DNA of 64,000 nt from Nitrososphaerota archaeon. Lineage in GTDB: Archaea > Thermoproteota > Nitrososphaeria_A > Caldarchaeales > Calditenuaceae. A program made the position numbers and the translations under genes. The stretch lies in contig JBEPYO010000001.1 of NCBI GenBank assembly GCA_041641295.1, positions 928,001-992,000 on the forward strand, read 5' to 3'. The notes beneath the pieces are model-generated. The model made no database searches and had not been told where the DNA came from. It saw only the letters and a list, made by a program, of their open reading frames with translations. How positions within the stretch are numbered: the stretch's first letter is position 1; every line of letters begins with the position of its first letter. This document shows positions 19,331-29,286 of the stretch, piece after piece.

Positions 19331-20176
19331 CTACCTCCATACACTTGACAATAGTTCATAGTCTTTGGGCGAGAGGCGCCAGCCGCAGGCCCCCGCATTC
19401 TCCTCTAAATGCTCCCTCTTAGAAGCTTTCGGTATTGTTATGACATTCTCCCTCCAGATGACCCAGTTGAGGGAGATTTGTATTGGGGTCTTCCCGTACC
19501 GCTCCGCGAGCTCCTGTAGTATCTCGGTCCTCCTCGTCTTGGCCTTGAGCTCCATAACGATTCTCCCCTGTCCCAAGGGGCTGTAGGCCGTCACGGTTAT
19601 TCCATTTCTCTCACAGTATGGGAGAAGGTCATTCTCTATTGACCTGTCGTGGAGGCCGTACTCGACCTGGTTCGCAACGATCTCTGTGATTGAGAGGTTG
19701 CTCTGCGCCTCCTCGATGAGCCGGGGAGAGAAATTGCTTACGCCTATGTATCTAATCTTCCCTTCCTTGTAGAGCCTCTCCATGGCCTTCATCGTCTCTG
19801 AGAGGGGTATTCTCTCGTTTGGCCAGTGGATCATGTAGAGGTCCACGTACTTCACACCGAGCCTCTTGAGGCTTCTCTCACACGCCCGTAGCACGTCGTC
19901 GTAGCGTAGATTTGTGTACCAGACCTTCGTGGCTATGAAGACCTCGTCGCGTGGAAAAACCTTGATCGCCCTCCCCACAAGCTCTTCAGAGTGCCCGGCC
20001 CCATACATCTCGGCGGTGTCTATGTGGTTCATGCCCAGCTCCACCGCATGTCTGATGACCTCGACGGCTTCTAGGTCGTGAGAGTAGTCCGGCGACATTG
20101 AGCCTCCAAGCTTCCAGGTACCTAGGCCTATCGCGGCTATCTTCTCATCTGTCTTTCCGAGGCGCTTGTACTCCAT
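19331..20176 (-). CDS. aldo/keto reductase
   Basis: GLGTW, IDTAEMY, ATKV, DLYMIHWP, IGVSNF, AYSPLG, IPK. Confidence 0.95.
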   Translation of the reverse strand: MEYKRLGKTDEKIAAIGLGTWKLGGSMSPDYSHDLEAVEVIRHAVELGMNHIDTAEMYGAGHSEELVGRAIKVFPRDEVFIATKVWYTNLRYDDVLRACERSLKRLGVKYVDLYMIHWPNERIPLSETMKAMERLYKEGKIRYIGVSNFSPRLIEEAQSNLSITEIVANQVEYGLHDRSIENDLLPYCERNGITVTAYSPLGQGRIVMELKAKTRRTEILQELAERYGKTPIQISLNWVIWRENVITIPKASKREHLEENAGACGWRLSPKDYELLSSVWR

Positions 20177-20274
20177 TTTATCACCACATAATCCATGCCT
20201 CTGAGAGGCTTATATTACTGACGTGGTCTGAAGGAGACATGTTTTTATCCCCTATGCGCAGGTGATGTCTTGGG

Positions 20275-21198
20275 ATGCTATATATTGCTCGTGGAGAGGA
20301 GCTGCTGAGATACAGCTTCAGCGGGGCTCATCCCATGAATAAGACTAGGCTCGAGTCCTTCTACAGGGCTCTTGACGAGTCAGGCGTGAAATACAGCGTA
20401 TTCAAGCCGGTGATGGCCAGCTTAGAAGAGCTCCGCCTCTTCCATGATGAAGACTACATCAAGTTTGTCCAGTATGCCTCGTGGCAGGGCTACGGATACC
20501 TCGATTACGGAGACACGCCCGCCTACCCCGGCGTCTTCGAGGCAGCATCATACGTTGTCGGCACAACACTTGGCCTAGTAAAGCTCGTATTGAGGGAGGG
20601 TTGCAGGGGCTTCAACCCGATGGGTGGGCTCCACCACGCCATGAGCAGCAAGGCTGGAGGGTTCTGCGTCTTCAACGACGCCGCCGTAGCCATCAAGTAT
20701 CTCTTAGAGAGGGAGGGGGTTAGGGCGGTGGCCTATGTTGACATAGACGCCCACCACGGCGACGGAGTTTACTATGAGTTTGAGGAGGACCCGCGCGTCA
20801 TCTTCTTCGACATTCACCAGGACGGTAGGACGCTCTATCCAGGGACCGGATTCAGGTATGAGGATGGGCGCGGAGCGGGGAAGGGGAAGAAGCTCAACAT
20901 CCCACTACCCCCGGGTGCGGGCGACGTCGAGTTTAAGAACGCATTTGACGAGGGCCTAGCCTTTCTTGAGAAGCATGACTTCGACTTTGTTCTCCTGCAG
21001 TGTGGGGCCGATGGTATCGAGGGCGATCCTTTAACACGGCTCGAGTACTCCCCCGCGTCTCACAGGTATGCTGCGACGGCTCTGAGGAAGCTGGCTGCTG
21101 AGAAGTGTGGCGGCAGGATAGTGGCTATGGGCGGTGGAGGATATAATCCCGAGAATGTGGCGAGGGCTTGGATGGAGGTGGTCCTGTCGCTGGCTTGA
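20275..21198 (+). CDS. HDAC/AcuC family deacetylase
   Basis: HPM, GGLHHA, GFCVFND, DIDAHHGDG, YPGTG, GGGGY. Confidence 0.93.
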   Translation: MLYIARGEELLRYSFSGAHPMNKTRLESFYRALDESGVKYSVFKPVMASLEELRLFHDEDYIKFVQYASWQGYGYLDYGDTPAYPGVFEAASYVVGTTLGLVKLVLREGCRGFNPMGGLHHAMSSKAGGFCVFNDAAVAIKYLLEREGVRAVAYVDIDAHHGDGVYYEFEEDPRVIFFDIHQDGRTLYPGTGFRYEDGRGAGKGKKLNIPLPPGAGDVEFKNAFDEGLAFLEKHDFDFVLLQCGADGIEGDPLTRLEYSPASHRYAATALRKLAAEKCGGRIVAMGGGGYNPENVARAWMEVVLSLA

Positions 21199-21803
21199 GC
21201 CTTAGAGAGTTCTCCGCCTTTAAGCCCGGATTCAGGGTCTTCGGAGTGGCTGAGAGCTTCAGGCCGGTTTTAGGCGATAAGTCCTTCCTTGCAGGGGTTG
21301 TGATGCGGGCAGACTTTCTCCTCGACGGGTTCGCTGTGGGAAGATGCACTGTGGGAGGGATGGACGCGACAGACAGCATAATCGAGATGTACAAGATTCT
21401 CGATAGAAGTGATATCAACCTCATAATGCTTGGAGGCTGCATCATAAGCCTCTTCAACATAGTCGACCTCGGCCGGGTCGCGTCTGAGACAGGCGTCCCA
21501 CTCCTCTGCGTAACATACAACCCCTCCGAGGGGCTCTCCGAGATCATAAAGTCCAGATTTCCCAGCGACTGGGAGGAGAGGCTCAGGGTCTATGAGTCCA
21601 ACGGAGCGAGAGAGGAGTATGTCCTCAAGACAGGCTACACAGTCCACGTAAGAAGGATCGGAATCTCCCGAAGGTCTGCCGAGGTAGTCTTGAACAGGAT
21701 GACTGTTAGTGGACGAGTCCCAGAGCCCATAAGAGTTGCGAGGCTGCTTGCACGCTCCTTATTGAGGAGTGAGGCTAAAGCACGTCTCCAGGCTCCGCAG
21801 TAA
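21195..21803 (+). CDS. DUF99 (endonuclease V-like / EndoDU) protein
   Basis: GVAESF, TVGGMDAT, FNIVD, PEPIRVA. Confidence 0.85.
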   Translation: MSLREFSAFKPGFRVFGVAESFRPVLGDKSFLAGVVMRADFLLDGFAVGRCTVGGMDATDSIIEMYKILDRSDINLIMLGGCIISLFNIVDLGRVASETGVPLLCVTYNPSEGLSEIIKSRFPSDWEERLRVYESNGAREEYVLKTGYTVHVRRIGISRRSAEVVLNRMTVSGRVPEPIRVARLLARSLLRSEAKARLQAPQ

Positions 21804-22824
21804 GATAGGGTGGAATAGTGGCGCCGGGAGAGACGATCACTGGCTTCTCGCGGAGGCCCTTTAGCTGGCATCCAGCGCCAGTCCTGCCTCCCTCGCCTAC
21901 GATTGTGTAGGAGAGTCGAGAGCCAGCCTCGACGACTGCTCCCTCAAGCAATACTACTGAATCTAGGGCCACGTCCTCGCCAACCTCGACGCCATCCATC
22001 AGGACTGAAGACCTCACCTCGACGCGGCTACCCAGCCTAACTCCTCCGCCGAAGTATGAGCCTCGTAGGTTTAGCTCCTGGAGCGCGAGTAGGTTTGCCT
22101 CGAGGTAGCTCGCAGGGGTTCCCACGTCAAGCCAGTATCCATGTGGATGTCTGTAGACCGCGATCCGCCGTCCTTTCTTCACGAGCCTGGTTATCGCGTC
22201 TGTGAGCTCGTATTCACCCCTAGGTGATGGCTCGATCTCTTCGGCTGCCTCTATTATCTCACCTGGCAGTATGTAGACTCCGGAGTTTATCAGGGCTGGA
22301 CCAGATATGTTTTCGGGCTTCTCGACTATGCCTTTCAACAGTCCACCTTCTTCATGCAGCACGCCGAACCTCCTCGCATCCTCCAGCTGAATGGCCAAGA
22401 CTCCTCCGTCAAACTCTATTCCAACATGCTCAACCAGTCCCAGGAGCATCCCAGCCTCAAAGAATAGGTCGCCATAAACTAGGAGAAACTTCTCCTCTCC
22501 TTCGACGAAATTCTTGGCGGCGAGGAGTGCGTGTGCCGTGCCCAGCGGCCTCTCCTGTATTCCGCGTCTTAGGATTGGTCTTTCCACCCCTTTTAGGGCG
22601 TCAATGATGCGGTCGCCTGTGGGGCTGGTGATGATGCAGGCCTCGCTCACGCCGGCCCTTTGAAGTGCTCTGACTGTTCTAAGAATTAGTGGGGTGCCTG
22701 CGACGGGTAGGAGGGGCTTGGGCCTATTCCTAGTCAGTGGGTCAAGCCTTCTGCCCTCACCCGCAGCAAGCACTACAGCCTTCAACCTTTCGCCTATCCG
22801 GCCTCCTGTGGGAAGATTTTCCAC
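21775..22824 (-). CDS. sugar-1-phosphate nucleotidyltransferase (GlmU/RmlA-like)
   Basis: LAAGEGRRLDPLT..PKPL, LGTAHA, EKP, SPRGEYELTDA, C-terminal beta-helix. Confidence 0.88.
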   Translation of the reverse strand: MENLPTGGRIGERLKAVVLAAGEGRRLDPLTRNRPKPLLPVAGTPLILRTVRALQRAGVSEACIITSPTGDRIIDALKGVERPILRRGIQERPLGTAHALLAAKNFVEGEEKFLLVYGDLFFEAGMLLGLVEHVGIEFDGGVLAIQLEDARRFGVLHEEGGLLKGIVEKPENISGPALINSGVYILPGEIIEAAEEIEPSPRGEYELTDAITRLVKKGRRIAVYRHPHGYWLDVGTPASYLEANLLALQELNLRGSYFGGGVRLGSRVEVRSSVLMDGVEVGEDVALDSVVLLEGAVVEAGSRLSYTIVGEGGRTGAGCQLKGLREKPVIVSPGATIPPYLTAEPGDVL

Positions 22825-22894
22825 ACCCCTCTATATGTCCTTCACCCCCTCTTTTCAGAAGATGCGTTTATCACCTCGCCGATAGGTTGCATTC

Positions 22895-23926
22895 GTGGTG
22901 CTGAGGCTAGTAGGGCTTGGGCTCGGTCCTCCTGAATATATGACGCTAAAGGCCATCAAGGTGCTTGAGGAGTCGGATATAGTCTATCTGGACACCTACA
23001 CAAGCCCCCTGCCCAGCGAGCTGGTGGAGTTTCTGAGGTCGAGGCTGGGGGAGAGGTTGAGGCTGGCTGATAGGTCGGACCTCGAGGATAGGGTTACTGA
23101 GCTGGTGGAGAAGGCTGCATCCATGAGCGTCGCAGTAGCCGTCCCCGGAGACCCGCTAATCGCCACAACCCACATCGCAGTCCTGGTGGAGGCGGCAGTC
23201 AGGGGTGTTGGTTTCGAAGTAGTCTACGGCGTGTCCTCCGTCTCGGCAGCCATCGGATCATCCTGCCTCTCCTCCTACAGGTTTGGCCGCACAGTAACAG
23301 TTCCCAGAGACGCCAGCGGCGAGAATCTCAAGACCATCTATAGGAGCATAGAAGAGAATATCGAGGCCGGCCTCCACACATTAGTCCTCCTAGACGTGGC
23401 TGGGGGAGGGCTCACCGCATCCGAGGCCGTGAGGAAGCTGCTTGACGTGGGTGCCGAGATGGGGGGCAGGCTTGGCCCTGACAGCATCGTAATAGTCTTG
23501 GCTAGGCTGGGCTACAGGGACGAGATTAGGGCCCTGTGTAGGGCCTCTGAGGTCTCAAACCTCCAGCTCCCACCGCCGCCACACATAGTTATTATTCCGG
23601 CCGAACTCCGCTCCTATGAGAGGGATGCAATCAAGAAATTGATGCAAGTAGATGAAGAACTTCTCAAACCCCATAAGCCTGCAAGCCAGCGCAGGGCTCG
23701 GGCCGAGAGATATGTGGCCAAGGCCAGCGGCGCCCTCAACCGACTCCAAATACTCACCAGCGACGCCGAGACACTAAAAGTCCTAGAACTCGCCAAGTCA
23801 TACATCGAAGACGCTAGATTCTTCCTCAACTCAGACATGATTGACGACTCCCTCATAGCCGTATCATATGCGGAGGGGCTGCTGGACTGTCTTAGAGCAC
23901 TGGGGAAGGTTGAGTTCACTTGGTGA
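22895..23926 (+). CDS. dph5: diphthine synthase fused to C-terminal DUF357
   Basis: LVGLGL, YLDTYTS, GDPLIATTH, YRFGRTVT, HTLVLLD; C-terminal SYIEDARFFL...YAEGLLD. Confidence 0.92.
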   Translation: MVLRLVGLGLGPPEYMTLKAIKVLEESDIVYLDTYTSPLPSELVEFLRSRLGERLRLADRSDLEDRVTELVEKAASMSVAVAVPGDPLIATTHIAVLVEAAVRGVGFEVVYGVSSVSAAIGSSCLSSYRFGRTVTVPRDASGENLKTIYRSIEENIEAGLHTLVLLDVAGGGLTASEAVRKLLDVGAEMGGRLGPDSIVIVLARLGYRDEIRALCRASEVSNLQLPPPPHIVIIPAELRSYERDAIKKLMQVDEELLKPHKPASQRRARAERYVAKASGALNRLQILTSDAETLKVLELAKSYIEDARFFLNSDMIDDSLIAVSYAEGLLDCLRALGKVEFTW

Positions 23927-24390
23927 GAAAGGTTAAGACTGTGCTCACCACTGGCGTCTTCGACATCCTACACCCAGGCCACATATATCTGCTCCGGTAT
24001 GCGAGCAGGCTGAAGGGAAAGAATGGCCGCCTAGTCGTGATAATAGCGAGGGACGAGACTGTGAGGAGGAGGAAGAAGAGACCGCCGATCTTCAGCGAGA
24101 AGGAGAGACTGATTCTCGTCAGGAGCTTGAAATTCGTCGACGAAGCCCACCTAGGCTACAGGCCTTTCAGCTTCAGAAAAGTGATTGAACGGTTCCACCC
24201 AGACATTGTAGTCTTCGGCTACGACCAGGACAAGATCCGCAACGAGTTTATAGGGGAGGCTGAGAGGGAGGGGTGGAGGGTTAGAGTAGTTAAGGCGCCT
24301 AAAATGTCCTCCGCGAAGCTGAACAGCTCCACCAAAGTCCTCGCAAGAATAGCCAGACTAGTCTCTAGCAGGAAGCTTAAGCCCCCGTAA
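23920..24390 (+). CDS. ribL: FAD synthase (cytidylyltransferase family)
   Basis: GVFDILHPGH, IARD, PDIVVFGYDQ, SST. Confidence 0.8.
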   Translation: MVRKVKTVLTTGVFDILHPGHIYLLRYASRLKGKNGRLVVIIARDETVRRRKKRPPIFSEKERLILVRSLKFVDEAHLGYRPFSFRKVIERFHPDIVVFGYDQDKIRNEFIGEAEREGWRVRVVKAPKMSSAKLNSSTKVLARIARLVSSRKLKPP

Positions 24391-24456
24391 GATTCAACAC
24401 CACTTAATTGAGCGGGATAATGAGGGGGTTATACAGAGGTCTAAGTTGTGGCTGGC

Positions 24457-25308
24457 CTACACACCACTCTCATACTTCCTCCCCCTTATCAACGACGCGA
24501 CTCTCACCGCCTCAAGGCTTTCACGGACGTTATGCGTTCTAATCACGTCGGCGCCGTTGTAGACCACTAAGGCTTCTGCAGCGACTGAGCCTATCAGCCT
24601 CTCCTCCGGATCCTCTTTCCCAGTCGCTCTGCCTATGAAGCTCTTCCTAGAGACACCTACGCAGATCGGCCTTCCCAAAACCTCTAACTCTCTCAACCGC
24701 CTCAATATCTCTGCATCCACTAAATACCACTCTTCTCGAAGGTTGCGGTGGAAGCCGATTCCCGGGTCTACTATGATATGCTCTTGTTCTATTCCCGCTG
24801 ACAGGGCTTTCTCAACCGCCCACCTCAGCTGGTCGATTATGCCTAAAATTACGTCTTCCGTCCTCTCAACATTGTTGGCCATGACGATGAGCGAGGCTGA
24901 GTAGTCTTTTACAACCTCTACCATGTCGGGTGAGTGTCTCAGGCCTGATACGTCGTTTATCATCTCGGCGCCTAGCCGGAGAGCCAGTCTTGCTACACTG
25001 CTTCTTGTAGTATCAGCTGATATGGGTATATCGGCAACATTCTTCACAGCCTGCACAGCCATAGCCATTCTCTCCATCTCTACTTCTTCGCTCACCCACG
25101 TCTGTTTATAGGGGGCGCTAGACATCGCCCCAATATCGATGATGTCTGCACCCTCCTCGACCATCCTCAAAGCTTTCTTCTCGACCTCGCCCTGCGTCAA
25201 GCAGACGGAGCCTGGGTAGAAGGACTCCGGGCTCACGTTAATGACGCCCATCAAGCGGACCGGCTGCCCCTCGCCTACCCACAACTCCCCAACCCGTGCA
25301 AGCCGCAA
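24457..25308 (-). CDS. folP: dihydropteroate synthase
   Basis: MGVINVSPESF, IDIG, INDVSG, DPGIGF, GVSRKSFIG, RTHNV. Confidence 0.93.
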   Translation of the reverse strand: MRLARVGELWVGEGQPVRLMGVINVSPESFYPGSVCLTQGEVEKKALRMVEEGADIIDIGAMSSAPYKQTWVSEEVEMERMAMAVQAVKNVADIPISADTTRSSVARLALRLGAEMINDVSGLRHSPDMVEVVKDYSASLIVMANNVERTEDVILGIIDQLRWAVEKALSAGIEQEHIIVDPGIGFHRNLREEWYLVDAEILRRLRELEVLGRPICVGVSRKSFIGRATGKEDPEERLIGSVAAEALVVYNGADVIRTHNVRESLEAVRVASLIRGRKYESGV

Positions 25309-25417
25309 TGATACCCCCCTCCTAGAAGGTGCTCTATTATTTGCCCGCTATTTGTAATATCAGTGTTGGGCAGAAGGGGAGGCCACCACAAGGGTGAAGG
25401 GCTGGTGTTGACGAGCG

Positions 25418-26668
25418 TTAGGGGCGCAATCCAAAGACGCTCTTCTCGAGGCTTATTGACTCGAATGCGAGCCCCAGCTTTTTCGCATACCTGTAGGCCT
25501 CGAGTATCTCCTCCTTTGTCGGTCTCCGAGCTATCTCGCTGTAGCGGGGGTCGAATTCGGGGCTTAGGGGGTCTGCGAAACAGTCGGGGTGGTACTGGTC
25601 CATCACGTTGACTGGAGTGCCGGGCATATTCTCCGCTATCCATGAGAGGACCTTCTTGGTGCAGCACTCGACGTGGTTGGGCATGACCAAGTGCCTAATC
25701 ACTATGTCCTCGCCCCAGTCGTAGATTGTCTTGTGGTTGGATGATACGGTCTCCCAGTACCACGGGGTCCTCGCCAACTTTATGGAGCAGGCGTTACTTC
25801 CAAACTTGAAGTCTGGGAGCCAGATGTCTACTAGCTCCCTCAATATCAGGAGGGTCTCCATGCTCATGTACATGTTTGAGTTCCAGAGAATGGGTGTGTT
25901 TAGTTCTCCGTCGTAGAGGTACTGGGATGGCTCTAGCCTCCGCCACCTGAGGGCGTCGGGCTTCATCATCCACAGGTAGGTCAGCTTATCCCGCGTGGGC
26001 TGGACACTGCCTAGCAGGGATATGGCCTCGACTATTGTGTGGAGGTGGATTGTCGGCTCGCCGCCTACCAAGTTTATGTTGTGACACCCCTCCACCCTTA
26101 ACTCCCACATCATCATAGCGAGCTGGCTCGGGTCAACTATCAATCCATTATCCTTGTCCTTGCTTATGTCGCCGTTCTGGCAGAAGCCACACCTCATGTT
26201 GCAGGAGGTGAAGAATATCGTCCCAGAGCCCCTAACTCCACGTATCGGAAGCTCCTCGCCTAGGTGGTGAAAGTATGAGCTTACACGAGAGATATGGTCT
26301 AGCATGCAGGCCCCCTTCTTCGAGCCTTCACTCCTATCGACCCTGCACCCCCACCTGCAGAAGTTGCAGTGCCTCAGCATCCTCTTCACCAGCTCAACCT
26401 TCAGGTCCATGAAGCTCTTGCCCGGTCTCTCAAGCTCCCGGAGGGTTAGCTCGCCCTTCTTGATGCCTGTGTGAATCTGCTGGAATGTCTTTGCCGCCTC
26501 CCTATGAGCATCCCAGAGCTCCTCCTCGCTCGCACTGAAATCCACATCAACAGGTATCCTCCGACATATCAGATACTTTGCAGGCATCTTGTTAGTCGAG
26601 ACCGCGAGATACCACGACAGCCTCTTTACGACCTGCTCATCACGCCAAATCCAGAGTGTCTCAAGCAT
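25418..26668 (-). CDS. radical SAM protein, PflX family
   Basis: CNFCRWGC, GSGTIFF, CNMRCGFCQN, NINLVGGEP, RHLVMPNH. Confidence 0.88.
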   Translation of the reverse strand: MLETLWIWRDEQVVKRLSWYLAVSTNKMPAKYLICRRIPVDVDFSASEEELWDAHREAAKTFQQIHTGIKKGELTLRELERPGKSFMDLKVELVKRMLRHCNFCRWGCRVDRSEGSKKGACMLDHISRVSSYFHHLGEELPIRGVRGSGTIFFTSCNMRCGFCQNGDISKDKDNGLIVDPSQLAMMMWELRVEGCHNINLVGGEPTIHLHTIVEAISLLGSVQPTRDKLTYLWMMKPDALRWRRLEPSQYLYDGELNTPILWNSNMYMSMETLLILRELVDIWLPDFKFGSNACSIKLARTPWYWETVSSNHKTIYDWGEDIVIRHLVMPNHVECCTKKVLSWIAENMPGTPVNVMDQYHPDCFADPLSPEFDPRYSEIARRPTKEEILEAYRYAKKLGLAFESISLEKSVFGLRP

Positions 26669-26768
26669 TCCTCTACCGATTCTGTCCTGAGAGGGGCTTA
26701 AAAGATTTGTTTAGCTACAAAAACCCAATCACGGACGTCTTTCCGTGGGGCCGTAGCTTTAAATCAGC

Positions 26769-28214
26769 TTGCCCAGCTATTCCGAGGACATGAGGGTGCG
26801 GGGGTTCGGGGGTGTGGGCGAGGTTGGGGGGAATAAATTCTACATCGAGGCCCGGGGAGAAGGCATATTCATCGACTTCGGCATAAGCTATGCCTGTAGG
26901 AGACGCTATTTCGGATTCTTTCTGAGGCCCAAAAAGTTCTCGCTACTTGCCTCGCTAATTGCATCTGGCTCTGTTCCTCTTATCAGAAACCTCTACGACG
27001 GAGAACTCTTCGACCCCACCGGCCTCACAGGCGAGGTCCTTCGCAAGGCCCCAGAACTGAACGTACAGGGCATAGTTGTCAGCCACCCCCACACAGACCA
27101 CATAGGCCACATCTCGCTACTGCGTAAAGACATCCCCGTCTATCTCGGTGAAGGGAGCTATGAGATAGCCAAGACGAGGGAGATGACCAAGACAGCGAAG
27201 ACGATAGAAGATAAAATATTCGTTGATGGAGAGAGGCCGGTCCACCTCTTCAGGACGGGCAGCAAGATTAAGATAGGCTCGTTCGAAGTGATTCCAATAC
27301 ATGTGGACCACTCGGTTCCAGGCTCTTACGGCCTTATAGTACACTCGCCGGAGGGGAGTGTAGCATATTCGGGTGATCTGAGGCTTCATGGGCCTAAGAG
27401 CGAGTTTACAGAGGAGTTTGCAGAGGCCATCGCTTCACAGGGCGTTGACGTGGTGATGATGGAGGGGACCCGGATAGGCGAGGAGGACCAGGCGACGGAG
27501 GCGGATGTGGAGAGGAGTCTAACCCGCAACATTGCGGAGAGGAGGGGATTAGTAGCGGTGCTCACAGGTCTCCTAGACTACGACCGCTTCCGCTCAATCG
27601 TCTCAGCCTCCGAGGCAGCGGGAAGAATAGTCCTCGTCTCACCTAGAATGGCCATGATGCTCAACACCTTTAGAAATCTCAGAGTCATGCCTGAGGACTT
27701 CCTCCCGGGCAAGGGGAAGGTTGAAGTTCTGGTCGAGAGGAAGGGGAGCGGTCTGCTTGACAAGCATGACTACCATGGCTGGGAGAGAGAATACTTGGAT
27801 AAACTCCTAGACAAGGGTTTGCCGTTGCTGACAGACTTGGACGTCGCGGCCTATCAGAACAAGTACACAGTAGTCCTAAACTCGCCTGACGACGTCTTAG
27901 ACCTACTACTGATGAGGCCCGTCGAAGACTCCATTTTCATCTACTCGACTAGCGAGCCTCACAACGAAGAGCAGGAAATAGACAGGGAGCGGATAGACAA
28001 CTGGCTCTCAATACTTGGCATGAAGAGCGTACAGGCCCATGCCTCAGGCCACGCCGGCAGGGGGGAGCTGGAACACATAATACAGACTGCCCGCCCCAAG
28101 AGGGTAATACCGATACACACCGAGACCCCAGAGCTATTCCAGCCCCTTCTAAGCCGGGCCGCCCCCGGCTCAACGCTTATAAACCTCCACCCCAAGACCC
28201 CAACCACAATATAA
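26769..28214 (+). CDS. metallo-beta-lactamase/beta-CASP ribonuclease (RNase J-like)
   Basis: GGVGEVGGN, SHPHTDH, VDHS, YSGDLR, HASGH, PIHTE. Confidence 0.85.
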   Translation: MPSYSEDMRVRGFGGVGEVGGNKFYIEARGEGIFIDFGISYACRRRYFGFFLRPKKFSLLASLIASGSVPLIRNLYDGELFDPTGLTGEVLRKAPELNVQGIVVSHPHTDHIGHISLLRKDIPVYLGEGSYEIAKTREMTKTAKTIEDKIFVDGERPVHLFRTGSKIKIGSFEVIPIHVDHSVPGSYGLIVHSPEGSVAYSGDLRLHGPKSEFTEEFAEAIASQGVDVVMMEGTRIGEEDQATEADVERSLTRNIAERRGLVAVLTGLLDYDRFRSIVSASEAAGRIVLVSPRMAMMLNTFRNLRVMPEDFLPGKGKVEVLVERKGSGLLDKHDYHGWEREYLDKLLDKGLPLLTDLDVAAYQNKYTVVLNSPDDVLDLLLMRPVEDSIFIYSTSEPHNEEQEIDRERIDNWLSILGMKSVQAHASGHAGRGELEHIIQTARPKRVIPIHTETPELFQPLLSRAAPGSTLINLHPKTPTTI

Positions 28215-28305
28215 ATAGGGAACGACGCAGGTAATACCCTCTGCATGGCGGCTAATAGCGCCAGATAAACCTAAAAAGCATCCTTTAGCAGTTTTTACCG
28301 AAACC

Positions 28306-28482
28306 ATGCCACGGGAGTTTGTCGTTGTAGAGTCAAAGGTTAGGGAGCTGCTGCCGGAGGGTATTAGACTGAGCAGTGACGCACTCCAGGGACTCGACGC
28401 CGTCGTCAGGCAGGCGATCCAAAAAGCCGTAGAACGCTGCAAGGCAAACAACAGGAAGACAATAATCAAGGAAGACTTCTAA
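28306..28482 (+). CDS. short histone-fold protein (58 aa), face-to-face/HTkC-like type
   Basis: Manual translation MPREFVVVESKVRELLPEGIRLSSDALQGLDAVVRQAIQKAVERCKANNRKTIIKEDF: RLS loop, RKT-x4-D motif, VVxSKV N-terminus. Confidence 0.88.
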   Translation: MPREFVVVESKVRELLPEGIRLSSDALQGLDAVVRQAIQKAVERCKANNRKTIIKEDF

Positions 28483-28540
28483 ACAGCCCAACAGGCCAAG
28501 AGACACCAACATTTATCTCCCAAATTTTTAGGCTATACTG

Positions 28541-28595
28541 TGGGTGATGATAGCGGGTATTTCTGAGCTGTGATGAGGATACCCGCTCTGACCCA
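28541..28595 (+). ncRNA. box C/D sRNA
   Basis: C GTGATGA 28544-50, D' CTGA 28563-66, C' GTGATGA 28570-76, D CTGA 28588-91; 12- and 11-nt spacers; terminal stem TGGG/CCCA; TATA-like TTTATC at about 28512. Confidence 0.9.
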
Positions 28596-28737
28596 TAATC
28601 AGGCCGCCTATCCTATCCAAACAGAGAGCTATTCAGCCAGCTTATCACTATATTCTGGGTAAAAACTTCATCGAGATATTCCTGGAGTCCGTCGCAAAAC
28701 AATCAAAAGAATCTATGTGGTCGTCAATAGGTTTGTC

Positions 28738-29061
28738 TTACGGGTATATTGTTGGGACTCTGTCTATATCCTTTACGAGGTCAGCTATTGGTGTGACGAG
28801 GTAGATCTCCATGTCAAGGAAGTGGAAGAAACCTGCCTGCATAAGAAAATCTCTGACTGCCTCGGCGCTTGGTGCTTCAAGCAACATAAGGCCCTTGTGA
28901 GCAGGGTCGAGATGAATGTATGGCACAACAAGTTTAACACCAAATTTCTTAGCTACGTTTTCCACCTCTGGAAATATTTTCTTGAACCATTCTCTTGCAC
29001 CTTTACTCGCAACTGGGCAATTCCCGGGAGGATGTTCCTGCAGTATAACGTATTGTGGCAT
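28738..29061 (-). CDS. small ferredoxin-like-fold protein (DUF3303/GYD-like)
   Basis: H-x4-CP N-terminus, H...LLEAPS.EAV pattern; upstream TATA; family call tentative. Confidence 0.6.
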   Translation of the reverse strand: MPQYVILQEHPPGNCPVASKGAREWFKKIFPEVENVAKKFGVKLVVPYIHLDPAHKGLMLLEAPSAEAVRDFLMQAGFFHFLDMEIYLVTPIADLVKDIDRVPTIYP

Positions 29062-29286
29062 GTGGAGCTTTGTGGCGCATCATATATAAGCCTTGATTAG
29101 AGGGACATTTGGGTGTAGGTTAAAAAGTATTATTAACGTCTCCAATTTAGACAGGTTGCGATTCTTGGAAACTGTATTATCATTTTGAACTCTGCACGAA
29201 GGTTCTTCAGAGTTTTCATACAGCTGGATTTTCTAGCCACAAAATCGTGTCCAGTTAATGGGGTGGTGATGTCCTTCGCGTTTAAC

